Assembly: GCF_022539665.2 (NCBI RefSeq)
Contig: NC_081333.1
Location: forward strand, 372,001-436,000
Direction: 5' to 3'
Length of the DNA: 64,000 nucleotides
Origin: Daphnia carinata
Lineage: Eukaryota
The notes below the pieces were generated by a model. It was not told the DNA's origin. It saw nothing but the letters and a program-made list of their open reading frames with translations, and searched no databases. The position numbers and the translations under genes are program-made. The stretch's first letter is position 1; each line of letters starts with the position of its first letter. Positions 49,266-63,542 of this stretch are shown in pieces.

Positions 49266-52200
49266 GGGGCAAAAATGGCAGAATAAAAATTACACACACA
49301 CACATATACACATACACCACTCACGACACGTATACAGACGTTTCACATCGATCTGTAGTACCGTTCACTACACGTTAAAGATCGACCCACAAACTGAGGT
49401 AGAGAAGAGGTGATCGTGGAACGTAGGTTGTTCGTAGGTCTCCCCATGGCCTGAAAGACGGTTCATGGATGCAGGCAGCTTATCATCGGGATATGTGACC
49501 CTCTTCGATACCAAAGTTTTTGTTTTCCTTACCGTGTCCAGTGTACAATAATTCGACATGGCGCCTTTATCATCTTCATTGATTCACGGCTTTATCGATA
49601 TTTAAAGCTACATCGTCTGCTTCAAAAAGAGGCCCATCTGCTCTTTTTGAAAGACTAGTCTTCGGGAATGGTTAACTCACTTTTCTTTTCCCACTTAACT
49701 TTTCCCCCTTTTCCCAACGAAGATCTAACATTGTAACATTGCAAAGTACCACGAAAACGTCGTTTTCTTCATTTTTGTTACAAGATGGAGCGATTCTATG
49801 GTGCCCGTAGAAGTAAAAAAGATGACTTCCATGCCAATTTCTGTTATTAATGCATATTAAACTATTGTATTCCTAGAAGTGAGTTTTCGAAATTGTAAGC
49901 AAAGGATGTCTACTTATTCAGGCTTTTAGATGAAATCATCTTTAACGTATCCTTCCCTCTGTGCAGGAACCAGCCTTTCCAACTGTTGGGCAACTCATAG
50001 CAAGAAAAATAGGAAAAAAACCAAATGAGGGGTTTTCCCGATGAGTTATCGACTTCTTGACACCTCGTGAAGACAGACAAGTAAGTGAATAGTTGTGAAA
50101 GTCATCTTGAAATGTTCCCCGCCATTTGCTCATTTTCACACGAACTTCTACCACAATCGTTTGCCTAGCTCAATTTCCTTCGTTAATGATCTCGGGTTTC
50201 ACTCTGTCAGATTCCTTCCCCTGCAGCTGTTCGCGGTTGCATAATACCAGCCTCTTGAGTGGGTGTGGGAAAAAAAAAATTGCTTTTTTAGCCACTATCC
50301 AAGAACGTATACAAGACAATGAGCGATCCAAGCGGGCACTTGTCTTAGCCCCCGTCGCGTTTTGCATACGACATTATAGAATTTTCATGTTGATATCCCA
50401 GCCGCTGTGTAGAAGCAAAAAAACCGCAAGCATTATCTACCCCATTTGCATATCTAATCTGTTGGGTGATGGGCTTAGACAGCGGGACAAACCATGCGGG
50501 CGTAGCTCGCCAATCAGACGCGCTGTCGCCTTTCGTCAGCGTTTCTTTTAATTCTCTTTTCTTTATGCAGGTCTTTCTGACGTGTCATCTCGAGAGAGAG
50601 TCTTTGTCACTGAAACGAACAATGTCTGAATGACAACGGCGTCTACATGTGAATTATTCTCAAGGTAAAAAACTGAGCTTGTGACAACATGTTAAACGCA
50701 GTTCTTGCAGATGATGATTGGTCGTCTGCTTGATCATTGCATATTTAGGCGTAGTTATGCAGACGACGTTTATGGGACATTGGTTTCAGCAACTCAGCGA
50801 TGCGTCCACCTTTATCCGGTTAAAACCGAAATGTGAAAGTTTAACAATTTGCAATATCCAATTCCATATTGCACAAAGAATTATTTTTAAATTGTGGGAG
50901 GGTTAACCAAATGTCCTTCAGTTAATTTGAATTGTCAGAGGTCAAGGGTCTCGCAGTTGGATAGATGAGCACATCCGGTTCTCTGTTGTGTTTAACGACT
51001 TGCACGATTCTCCATTGTCTATGGCACAAACGAGGAATGACTGCTATTGTTCCAGGTTTTTCCCCCCTATTTTTGTTTCCATTCACGATGTGCCGAAATC
51101 CGGGGCCACCATTTGCGAAACTGTTTTGAATATGAGCGCATGGCCTTGGCAGGATGATCCAAAAGAATAACAGGAATATACGCCATTTTCTCTTTCCACA
51201 CAGTTTGTCGCAGGCTATTCCACCTGGCCTTCGATACGAATTTCAATTATGCAATGGAGCATATCTTTGGAGTACGTGTTCCAGTCGGGGGACCTTCGAT
51301 TTATTATCCTGTGACCAAAGGACCGTCTCATGATGCATTGAAAAGGTTGCAGACGACACATCCGCTAAATACCTACGTGGCTCTTTTGCTTTACCTGTAT
51401 GCAAATGAATGTAGGGCCTACGTGATGGATGGACGCATTTCGCCGCAAGACTTGCATTCTCTTTCGCAAGAGATGCCGATGGATCAGTGGCGCCATGTTT
51501 TAAGTGCACCCCTCTTTGTATCGACGGTTCTAATTTTAGTTTGAACGATAATTATTTCGGTTTACCTCAGGACACTGATAGTCGTCCAGCACAAAGTTTA
51601 ATTCAATTCCAGGAAAATGGGAATTCAAGTGAAACAGACCGTGCCAATCTGCTGGATAGAAAAAAACGTCTGCGGAGCATTCGTTCAAAGTCACCTTGAA
51701 AGACATAAAGTGGAACAGAGCGCAAGAATTTTCTTTTTCGACGTTCGTTTGCCAATGATAATGAGATGATTAGAATGTTGGCACGTTTCTTGATTATTCA
51801 CCACTCGTTTATTTGAAAGAGAGTCAACAGGGTCAACTGCAATTGTTAGACGAGGAGGGGTTGCACATTGACGTAGAGCCCATTTCCAGTGTATGATGGT
51901 GTCTCGTCATTGAGAAAAAGAAAAATTATGGCCGGCGTGCCAGCCCCGTAGTGTGTATTAGCACGCCAACAGTCGATCAGCTGATTCGATTTTTTAAAGG
52001 TTTGCAAGAGCCTAGGGAAGAATAACAAATGATGATGATAATCTTCAGACGATCGATGCGTGCATCCCTTATTTGCGATTTGAACACTACGTACGCTAAA
52101 GGTATATATTTGCATATCGTGCTATGCAAATGACGCGGAGATCGCGGACAAGTTTTTCCGTTGCGTACGTGCAGAAGGTTTTCGATCGGTCGTACTGTTT

Positions 52201-53624
52201 TCCTATTTAAAAGAAAGCGGTTAGCTAAAAGTTTGCTTTTGCGTATAGCACTTGCAAATACGGGGCGCACCGATAAGCGGCGAACAACGGTGTGTCAACA
52301 CCCGACTGATAACGTCGGCAAAATGCGTTTGTTCAATGGACTTTACGTACTTTGTTTCAAAGAGCATCGCCAGCATTATACCTTTAATTCAACCTAAATC
52401 CCCGTTTTGTTGTTATCCATTTCCTCCTTTTTTTTCTGTTATTGGTCCTATAAAAGTGCGACAGTGGCGCACTGTGTCAGTTGTGTCCGTCAACCGTTCA
52501 AGTACAGCTGCTCAGCGTTTAAAAGACAAACATGTCCATTATGCGTGCACGTACTGTACGACCTAACAAGCAGGTATGTAAATTCCCCATTTGCGGCTGA
52601 TTTTGTTTTCAACCGCATGTTTTTTATTCACACAAAAATTCTAAACCGCATCTCATTTATTTTGTGTGTGTGAACGTTATTTAATTTCTCAATATTAGGA
52701 ACGCAATTTCACCTTGACGGCGGTTATTTGGTGGATGATTCCAGCGTCCGTCGTCTGCGGGATGCTTCACCCTGCATGTGCGTGACCTCGAAATTAAATA
52801 AAACTCTCCATTTTTTATTAACGACTATAAGAAAAAATGATGTAATATAAATGTTGATGTAAGAGTATAATAATAACAGGCTAACGATGAGCTGACGATT
52901 AAAAAAAATCAGTGGACTTGCGTTACGGCGGGCGGCAGCAGACGAATGCGCTGGACGAGAGGACGGCCTCCACCGTGATGACGATCGATGACGCAACCGT
53001 ATCGTTCCTCTTCAAAGTGAAACTGTTTCCGTTCCGGTTGAAAACGGCGCTGGACGAGTCGACGGCGAGAGGCAATTTGGGTACGGCGCCAGAGACGGGC
53101 ATCGTTGCCTTCGGCATTGACCTCGGACTACCAGGCGCAGTGGGCGGAGTCGGATACGGACATCAAATGCCAATCGAATCTTTATCTATTTCATCGGTTA
53201 GCATTCACGCCAAATCTCTTTCCAATAGTATCGAAAATGGTCTTAAAGAGTATTATAGATTTTAATTCAATCATACGTTCATATACGTCAGGAGATGATA
53301 TATACTAGAAAGTGAGTTAGGAATACAATTTTATCTGAAATGATTTATTGCTATTTTTTTTTTTGTACCAATTCCAAAAATGACGTTTAAAAAATTTAGA
53401 ATTTTTCCCCAATTTCGTTTCGCTATAATTCCGACACCGGTGAAAAGATCGAAAGTTCAACACGCGTTAAGATTTGGCCAGCAAATTGCAGAGTTCAGGA
53501 CATTGTTCGTGTAATGATTGCACCTACCGACCAACCAAAAATAAAATTAATAAAAGAAAATTCAATGGATTATGCAAAACGATTAGAAAGGAAAAAAATT
53601 GTAATTCTTACCATAGCAAGTGTT

Positions 53625-53970
53625 TTACCACCGGTATCCGCGGTAGACTTCACGTGATTCGCCGGAATGATTCTCAATCGAGTCGTAATAGTATTGCTGG
53701 ACAGCTGCTGGACGATTCCATCCGCGGTTGGCATTGTAGGGGTTGTACGAGTTGTAAGTATTGCGACTGTACACGGGAGCGCTGGGCCTGTAACGAGCGA
53801 CGGGCACGACGTTGCGATAATAGTAAGTACCCTGAGCCTGGGCACCGCTATCCATCAACATCACGGTCATGACACAGGCAACGAGCTAAAAATATTCAAA
53901 TGAATTTTTTTTAAATGAAAGAAGAGATTTTAAAATGTTATTTACATACCATGCAAGAGTAGAGAGACAT
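53625..53970 (-). CDS. Small secreted Tyr/Arg-rich protein with an acidic S-x-E motif, paralog 1
   Basis: A 21-nt first exon (MSLYSCM) splices to LVACVMTVMLMDSGAQAQGTYYYRN...WNRPAAV...DSIENHSGESREVYRGYRW. TATAAAA lies ~70 bp upstream. Confidence 0.8.
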
Positions 53971-56415
53971 GTTGAAGGAAGTTAGTTCGCACTGGAAGGC
54001 ACACTGGGAATGTCTTTCATCGTGCCACGGTTCCAGTTTTTATAGGGAACGGATGGCATAGACAATATAACAAGTTTGCTTCATGACGTGCTATAATATC
54101 CTTGAAAATGAATACTTTTGAGGTTAGACTCTTCTGTGGGTGGTGGAATTCGATGGACGAGCTCCTCTCCTTTTTTTTTTGGGCTCCTTCGTTTCCGTGA
54201 TGCACTTTTTTTTGTTGTAATTGCTACTCTATCCCAAACGCCCTCACGAACCGGGGAAAAACATAATTTTTTTTGTGCCTTTGGAAAACCCGCATGAATA
54301 TGCAGCCGCATCAGGAGGATGTTTTTCGTGATAGGAGAAGTTTGTTATCAAAGTAAAGCTGAGTAGGTGGAAGAAGATAGGGTACGCCCCCTTTTTTTTT
54401 TCATATGATTAGTTCATTGAAATACACAGGTGTTCAATTAGGATCTAGAAATGGCTTTATGAATTTTATTTCTTACTACCCGTGTTACAGCCGATTTATC
54501 TTTTAAAACTATGCAACTTACGTAAGTCATTCCGGGTTATCCGGGGCTAGCTGAAAAGAGGTATTTGAAAATGATACACATTAATGTCTTCCATGAATGT
54601 CCATGTTCTTTTTGTTTTTGACCTTGGATTCTGTTTCATGGTTTTTGCAGGTGAGATTGTTCCACATGAATGGAGATCGGGTACGTAACAATAACTTGAT
54701 GTTCAATTCAAGCGCTTCACTAAGTATTATTGCACCATGAATACATTCACCGAAATCTCCTTGGATTTTGAGTTTAAAGCATTTTTGCAATCGACATTCG
54801 ATTGATGAGTCAGGTATGCGTGCATAGGGGCTGCGATGATTAGCTGTATACAGGTTCAGACTTGAAAGTCAGTGGCATTGAAACGAATATATGGGGGGAT
54901 GCTATTAATTTTTTCTAATTCTATTGATGTCTTGTTTACTGCATCTCTATCCTCTACATTATCGCTAAATACATTCGATAATGATGACACGACGCAAAAA
55001 TTTTGGGCACGATTCATCTTCATGGCCAAAAAAAAATCAAGAGTTCATATTGATATGCTATAAATCCTCTCTAATTTAAAAATGCTTAACAAAAAAAAAA
55101 GTGGTAAGGTATTCCAAGGTAAACGAGGGAAATTCTTTTTTTATGAATAAAATGGCAAGTTCCGCCACCATCATGCGCCCTGTTTGTGATTGACATCTGA
55201 AACTGATGTGGCAATCCTTAAACAGAATAAAAAAGAGGATGTCCACGTTTAGCATCGTACCAAACATGGACATCTTCTTCAACGTTGCATACGTTAAGTT
55301 CACTGACAGATTAGCCGCTTGTCACACACGGCATTCCTCTAATTCGGCGTCACGGTTGGTCTGCGTATCACGTAGAAAGTTTGCCACTTTCTTATGCATA
55401 TACAAAAGGAATGTCGATTTTACTTTTGCTTTCGAAAGAAAATCTGAAGAAGAAGAGTCCCTCTCTTCCTCCCTCTTGTTCTTGGTGGTTCTATTCTTGA
55501 CAGTCTAACTGATGAATGGCCCGGTTATACGTCTCTCTTTTTAACATGCCCTTTTTTATATTTTTCAAGACTTGTGTTCGTTTCATGGAGAACATCTTTA
55601 TATGGCCTTTCGTAGTGTACTATACAATGCGAGCCTCCACGTTTCGCATAATTATAGACCTTTTGACCTTAACTTGGCCTCGTCTTGAAGACCAACAAGT
55701 CAGCTCCTAGTCCTCATTATTTTTCTTTTTTGGTTTGAAGGCTGAATGAGTGCACTCAAAACATCCGCTCTATATACTCGTTATGCGTAGGTATGAAACA
55801 ATGAGACAGGTGTTTATTCTAGAGGGCCGTATCGAAAGGCTCTTCGTTCAGTTTTTAGAGCAGTCTTGATAAACAATGATATTTTACCTTTTGGCAAAAG
55901 GGCGAGTCATGCGGTACTTGACGTAATGAGTCTTTGATGCATATGCGCCATTAAAACGTCGATCGAATTCAATGCTATTGTCTAGATTTAGATAAACGGT
56001 GTATATTATTATTATACAATGATTACAAAATACAACTGGCAGAATGACATCAAAACACTGGAGTTTTGAAAAACATTATTTTATCCACTGAAAAATTTCG
56101 TTTTCTTTTTATAATTTCCTCCAAAAAAACATGGGTGCGCAGGTGATCGCCGTGCCCGTATATATTTTTCCAGCGTTTTTGAAGTTCCCCAAGCAAAACT
56201 ACACGTTCCAGTGTCGGGCTATTAGGTGTATGTAATTGCGTTTGGCCCCTGCGATGACCTGTCGACCAACAAAAACAAAAAAAAAAACAAAAAGTGAAAG
56301 GTAAAAAGCGTCACGCAATTGAGAGGGGCGCATCACGTCAGGGGCACGATCCTTGTGCGCGTTTTCGTGTTCCAAACGGGGCCCACCTTTCTAAAGTGAA
56401 TGGGCCACTCACCTT

Positions 56416-57062
56416 TTAGTATCTGCGATACGGCGCCAAGAATCGTCTGTACACATCTTCGTCCGACTCGTCCGAATCCGAATGATAGTACGTCGTTTTC
56501 CTGCCCGTCTTGGCCGTCCTCCTGTAGACTTCGTCCGACTCACGAGAGTCTGACCCGTAGTAGTAGTAAGGCGACGTCGGTTTAATAACGGGCTGGATGG
56601 GTTTGTTGATCTTGGCGAATCTTCGATACACTTCGTCGGATTCATCGGACTCGATCGAATCGTATTTCCATTTGTATTGCGGCTTCACTGCTGCTGGGCG
56701 GTCCCAGCTGTTGGCGAACGGGTTGTAAGGTTTGATGAACGAGTTGAAGGATTTGAACGAATCGTCATCGATCGAGTTGATCGAGTGGATTGAATTCTTC
56801 TTGGCAGGGACGGTCTTGTAACGATTGGAAGATGGCCGATAGTAGTACGTGTCCTGCGCAGCCACGTAGTTATCCGTCACGACAACCACAGCGCAAACGA
56901 CGAGCTGTGATCAACCCCGCACAAAAAAAGAAATTAACATAAGAATTAGAAAATAGCGGACGCGATCAGAACAGAATGAAATGCAACTTTCACTTGTATG
57001 CACCCAAGACTTTTCTTTTTTTTTTTTTTTCTTTTGTTTACCATAAAAGAGCAGCGTAACAT
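56416..57062 (-). CDS. Small secreted protein with three DSxESDE-VYRR repeats, paralog 2
   Basis: A 21-nt first exon (MLRCSFM) splices to LVVCAVVVVTDNYVAAQDTYYYR...WDRPAAV...DSIESDESDEVYRR...DSRESDEVYRR...DSDESDEDVYRR. TATAAAA near 57130. Confidence 0.85.
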
Positions 57063-59001
57063 TCTCTTGTTGTTATTCGTTCAAAATGTACTGATGGAAT
57101 GAACTCTCTGCTCTCGGTTGGCACTCTGTTTTATAGGAAAGTGTGCTACGACGACGTGTCTACGGTTGTAGCACCAATCAACGATGGACCATCGTGCTCT
57201 TATATCCTTGGGCTATTGTTGTTGAGGCATCCCTCTCTCTTCTTTCTGCATTTTTGCTGATGTCGTTTTCTGAAAGGGCCTCACCTGTCCTTTGCGGAGA
57301 GCTCTTTGAGTCATCCGTGGCCATTGCGGCCTCAAGTCTTGTAGGTCCTTAGAGCTGGCCACCATGTGGCTCTATTCCCACAGTTTTAAACGCATCATTT
57401 TTGCATAACGAATTGATGCGTGTAATGAGAAAGAAAAAAAAAAAACGTTTTTGAAATTGTTGGTGCGTAATGGAAATTGTTTGTGGCGTTCCAAACAAAT
57501 GAGCTTTGCACTTTCATTCGTAGATTAGCGTGAAGGGCGCAATGACCCTCGCTTCAATTTGTTTTGATGACGAATGATGTTTTATTATGATTTATTTTTT
57601 GGAACAATATCAATCGTATTTTTGATTGGTCATATTGAAAGAAGACGCCGGCAATTGTCCCGAATTCAACGATTGCGTGCCAGCGAAAATCAACAAATAA
57701 AATTGACTGTTATAACAATCAATTTTCAAATTTAAACTGCGCAGCAGCGTGTCTACCTTCGCCCTTGGGCAATCACCCAGCTAAATTTCGTTTTGCATTT
57801 TATTTTCATCTGTCAATCAAAAAAAGAGAATCTCATTTGAGGGTTAATAGCAGTTCAAAATTCATTTCAATAGAAGATTCACTCGACATGTCCCTAGACA
57901 TTGTCTGTATGCAAATTCCTCATATTATAATAGAAACCTCACGAAAGCAAATTTTCTCAATGCAAAACTAACACAAAAGGATTTTTCCAATAATAATAAT
58001 AAAAAAAAGAGCTAAAAAAAAATTCCTTGTTGGGCATTTCAAGGTTCGACAGCGTGTCGTAAATGTCACTGTGCTTTAAAACCCGGTGTTATCAAAAAGA
58101 AGATGCCGGTACGTACCTCAAGAAAAACAAAAACTGCTCCTCACAATAGCAAGGGGCATTGCGAAATCTCACGGGTTCAAACCCACATACAAGCACGACA
58201 CGATTGTTCTCACAAACGCATTCATCTGAAATACACGTCGATACGTCCGTAACAGAGAATCCTATCTTCTACACTTTAGACAGGAGAACTGTTTAAAAAC
58301 TGTAGGGGATTTTTTTCATATTTCTTTTTAGAATGTAACCAAGAAAATGATGAAGGTCTTTCGTCATAAGTGGTGTATTATTATAGAACAGGTACAGCTG
58401 GCAAAACAAGGCAAAACAGATATCGGATGAATCTCGGGGATGTATTTCGAGAGAAACTTTCACTTTTTACTTAATAAAAAAACCTCTTTTTTACGTGAAA
58501 AGAGAGCTTTTGTACTTCGTGTTCACCGAGTTCCATGACCATATATTATTCACTGCTTAATTGCTTCGTCCTCCACAGTTATCGATCTCATTTCTGTTCT
58601 TTCTTCGTGGAGGAGGCCAGAATACAAAAAGGAAAACTTCTAACGTTTTTTTTTAAGGCGTCTTAGTTTATGTAATAAAACGACGCTACACACCTCAAAG
58701 AAGAAATCCTCTCTAATATCCCGCGATCAAACAAGAAAAAGAGAAAGGCGTACCATTCAAAAACTATTTTTTTTTTTGAGGAGGAGGAGGGAAATGAAGC
58801 GCATCGTTTGCCAGGTGTCAAAAAATGGCTGCCGCGCTCTCACGTTTCCCTTCCCTTCAAAGAATCCCAGATGCTGGAACATCCGTCTGATTCTCCTCTT
58901 TCAAAAAAAAAAAAAAAAAAAAAGAGTCTTCTAAAGAAAAGGGTAAACCCACCACGTACATAAAAAAATTTTTTTTAGAAAATAAAAAAAAAGGGGTCCG
59001 A

Positions 59002-59560
59002 CTACCACCAGCGTCTGTTTTCACGAGATTCGAACGAATCATTTTCATCGGAATGGCGCACGTTCCATCTGGTTTGTTGTTGTCGGACGGGAACAGCTGC
59101 TGGACGGTTCCACGCGTTGCTGCCCTGAAAGTTGTTAGTGACGGAGTGCCTCTGAGCCCGCGGTAAAACGGAGCGATGACGGAACCTGGACTCGGACGAT
59201 TCGATCGAATTATCTTCGATGGAGTTGTCGAAATTGATCCTCCATCTGTTCTGTTGTTGCGCAGCTGCCGGCCAGCCCCATGCGTTGTTGCTTCTGGCCA
59301 CTACCGGATTGAAGGCGGAGAACGAGGTGTGTGGCTTGTGAACATTGCGGCTGACGGACGGAGTGCTCTGCCTGAAACGGCTGGCCGACGCAGCATTACG
59401 GAAATAGTACGTGTTTTGCGCTCCGACGCCGCTATCCATCAGCATCACGGCCACACTTGAGACGACGAGCTTTAAAAAAAAACAAAAAAGATGATAAGTG
59501 AATTAAATGTTTTTAAAATAAAAATTAATATTAGTTTACCAAGGCAGAGTAGCTCAACAT
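59002..59560 (-). CDS. Small secreted Arg/Ser/Asn-rich protein, paralog 3
   Basis: A 21-nt first exon (MLSYSAL) splices to LVVSSVAVMLMDSGVGAQNTYYFRN...WGWPAAA...SIESSESR...WNRPAAV...DSFESRENRRWW. TATAAAA near 59635. Confidence 0.82.
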
Positions 59561-62500
59561 GTTGTAGGAGAAGTTCGCTTGGATTGAAATGCACAAGAGG
59601 AATGATGTCTTGGTCTTTGGTGGGCATCCATTTTTATAGGATGGTAGGAGCCCGACCGCCGAGACCTCGAAGCACAGCGACACGCAACCTGAAAATATCC
59701 TTGAACAAAGAAAACAAAGATTCTCACTCCAATGGCTCTCAACGTTCGGCAACTTCTTTGGCGGGGGCGTGTAGTTTGACATCGAACTCCTCTCTCTTTT
59801 TTCTTTTCTTAGCGTTTAGCGTTCCCCTTGAAAATGGTCCGACCTCCTCAAACGTCTTCATTTCTCGTTCATTTCTTGCTCCTTTTTAATTGAATAATCA
59901 TCAAATATTCATCGAAATGAATAAAAGTCTGAATTTTTAATCGTTGCGTTAGTCGAGCGTGAAAAGCCAATCATGTCAATCTGCCATCCGCATCGATAAA
60001 CCGCCGTTACGCACTTGCGATCTCGTTAAACGATCCCGATCCAAGCATTGAAACTTACCAGATGTTAAACTCAATCGACAGGTGCTGTTTTTTTTGTTTT
60101 TTTTGCATTCAATTCAACTGAAGAAGAAAACAATGAGTCGACGTTGACGGAATGCAATGATGAGTTTCCGTTCGTCTTTTAGTGCTTTCAAGGAAGTTTC
60201 CAATCTCGTGCGTTTCCCATTCGCACGATGGATGACCCGAATGCCGAGATGCATGACTACTCATCCTCTCAAGGCCGCGTGAAAAATATATATTTTTTTA
60301 AAATCATTTTAATGTCTCTCTTTCCATTGCGGCAATGCTACCGCATTTAAAAAGAGATTACGCCAAAGATCGTACAACATTTGTAGAACACGGTGGTTTT
60401 TGATTGCACCGCACAACGATTATGTCTTAAAATTTAAGGCGGCGCCATTTTAAAAAAATACAACTTCAAAACTGAGTTAGTTTAATACACCATTAATTTT
60501 TTTTTTTAACGGTTATCTTCAAGGTAGACGTGTGGGGTGATGATAAGTCAATAAGGTCATCCAGTTTCGCAATTGCGTCTAAAAATGGTAGCGAAACAAG
60601 TTGGGCACGAGGGGAGAAGGTACATTCCAATTAAAATTGTGCGTACGTGCCTAGTCGATAGCCCTGATGAGATGAGAATTTCATCATTTGAAAGGCGGCA
60701 GAGCCTTCCATCAAATAAGCCAGAGATTGTATGTATATATACAGCATATATTACGGTACAATTATTATCTGTACATGTTCAAAAAGGACGTCCTATATAA
60801 TTAGGACCCCACCCGTCGTTTCAGCTCCACACGTACGCAAAGAAGAAGATTACATTTTTATTCAGGCCACTTTGAATATTCGTGAAAGTATTTCTTTGGG
60901 ATATACTCAAAATTCTGCTGAATGACAGTCTATTTTACCTGTGTGTGTGTGTGTAATCCAGTTGGCACAACAAAGCCTGTTAACCGGTGTATGCATGTCC
61001 TGACATGACATATGCACTGGTCTAGACTGACACGTTCGGAACCTGTCTGAGATGACCTGAATCGAAAAAAAACCACAAGAAAACGATAAAAGGAGGGGAA
61101 CGTATTAAAAAAGAGATGTGGTACGGATTTGAATGTGAGCGGAATGGGTTTCAATGGTTTTCTTTCTCTAACTCGAAAAGCTATTAAGAGAAAATGTGCT
61201 AAAGCTTAGGACACGTGTCGGCTTGTCGTGAAACAAAGGAAAACGTCAAACTTTCTTTCCCTAATGATTAATGTCTCCAAAACGGTTCATTGTGTGCGTC
61301 CATATTTGTGCATCTAATGACGACCTGTAAGAGGAAACAAAAAAAAAAAAACTTGCAGTCCCTTCCTTTTGTTCTGTCAGCTCTTTGACGTTAGAGCGGT
61401 AGGTGCCCCTATAGATATAGACTTTTGCTCAATCATGACAGCCGACTTGTTTTGGGATTACTTGCCGTTAAAAGTGAAATGCATTATCATCATTGCTGAA
61501 TCAAATGCCAGAATTCAGGTCAATTGAAATTCAAATCAGACTTTCATGCTGTGTTCTCGAATGATATTTGCACAGAACCTCGAAATTCTTCTCCATTTTT
61601 TCATGGTTAGACCTTTGGTTCGGAGTTGACCAATGGGCTTCATCCGAGTGTTCTCACATATTTTTGCTCGTTGTCCTTACACACATCACTCGGGGGCATC
61701 CATCGAAGCTCCTTGGCCTTAGAGCATCCTTATTACATGGCGCTACCCTTTTAAACAACAAACGTATTTTTTTACATGAATTTTAATTGTATCCGATGAC
61801 CTCGGATGGAAGATAACAGAGCTATACGAGTTAAGGATATGGAGGTGACATCCGAAGAAGATTGTGAAGGACATCCTGATGGTGGAGGGATGGCCGCATC
61901 CTAAAGGTGAGCAGTTCATCACGACTATTGTTATTCGTAACCGTCACGAATAGGGAAGGTCATAACCAATAAAATTATACACACTTAGATGTGAATATTA
62001 GATATTGTCAAAACAAATAGTTTTTGTTTCTTTGCAATCATTTCCGGATTATGTATGTTGCGGAAGGGAGAAGAAAAAAAAAAAAAGGACCAGTTGTAAG
62101 GACGGAAATTTAATGCGGAAGTGAAAGTGAATAAGGACAAAATTCAATGAAAACCAGATCCATAATTTATTACCTTGTTTTAATTGAAATGACCTCGTGT
62201 ACTCAAAGAAAATTCTAATGTCGTGAAATACAAATAAACGATCATTGATTTAAGTGATTTCTCACGTTTTAAATTGTTTTGAAAAAAAAAACTCAAGCTA
62301 AAAAAGTGAGAGTTTATAACTTTGGCAATTATGGACGTGTTTTCCTCCTTCAGTCGTAAGGATGAGTTAAAGGCACGGCGGATGCCTGTCCGCCTTATTT
62401 TCACTAATGACTTGACGCATCGTCGCTAGTAGTGGACGAGGCCATGGTGTGCCCGTTGCCCAAGTCAAGACCTTTCACTTGCACTGCTGAGTATAGCAAT

Positions 62501-62827
62501 TATGGTGAAATCAGTTGCTCTTCCTCCACCTTCAAAAATGAATAGCCATCACGAGAATGTGAAAAGCAAGTTTTATTTCACCAACTCCGTTTGAATGACA
62601 GTGATTGAACGCTCGCTCCCATTGCTTGTAATCAATTATCTTATGCGTACATACGGCTGTGTTCTATTTCGCTTGAACGTTTTGTTTATCTTGCAATTGT
62701 GAAAAGCTTTCGACCAACCTTCAACATGTCGTTTAAACTTTCAAGCGATGCTTCTGAAACGGCAGCTGAAAATGTATAGCGAATAGATCTTCATGATGTG
62801 AACTCTTCCCATATACGAATGTGAGTA

Positions 62828-63542
62828 GGGGAGGGTGGGCGTGGTTGGAACACAAAACTTATTTTTGTTCCGTACGATTACAAAAATCGTCCAAGTAAAG
62901 TAAAAAATATATAGATTTGTAGCCAGTTATCTCAGCTACATAACAGTATTTTTTTGGGTGGGTTCGGCAAAGTTTAATATGTGCTATGAGTAAAAAACCG
63001 GAGGTACCCCAAGTTGTTTCAATTGCCAATTCTACTCGGCAATTGAAACAGGGCGTCTGGGCAATTGAAACGTGGGTTTTACATAAGAGAGCTCCCGCGT
63101 TTTACGAAAAAACTAAAATGACGATATCTCAGAATCAGGGATACTCATTCATTGGAACAAGGTGTTCCAATTGCTCCGACCATGGGTCTTCTCGGAGTTT
63201 TAATTTTTATAGGTGATAAAGTTAAGCTAGAAAAAAATTAATGTGATCAACTTATAGCTTAATGAATGACGAATGATTGGAGACCTTTTTTAATGATTTT
63301 CTCCATCGTTTTCAGTGTGAAAACGAAAAAATTGTCTGCAAAAAAACAACAAATGGGCAGTCAAAAAACAATTTTCTGGGATAATTCGAAAACTTTTAAA
63401 TTCTAAAGCCTCAAATTTTTTCTAAAAATGTAGAACCCTAATTCCCGTTAGTTCAAATTTTTTAAACAAAATCTCTTACATACTTTAAGTGGTAGAATTT
63501 TTGTTTCAATTGCCGCGTGTTCCAATTGCGCCCACCCTCCCC
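62828..63542. mobile_element. MITE, about 715 bp, with 26-bp imperfect TIRs and TA flanks
   Basis: TA|GGGGAGGGTGGGCGTGGTTGGAACAC at the left end and GTGTTCCAATTGCGCCCACCCTCCCC|TA at the right end (3 mismatches). Internal CAATTGAAAC / GTTTCAATTG repeats, including a hairpin at ~63015-63050. Confidence 0.85.

Noticed and set aside
49400..52700. Numerous short ORFs
   Set aside because: No domains, codon-like bias or coherent exon chain; treated as intergenic.
60000..62800. Short ORFs and a GGATG/CATCC-rich patch near 61640-61900
   Set aside because: No consistent period or convincing reading frame.
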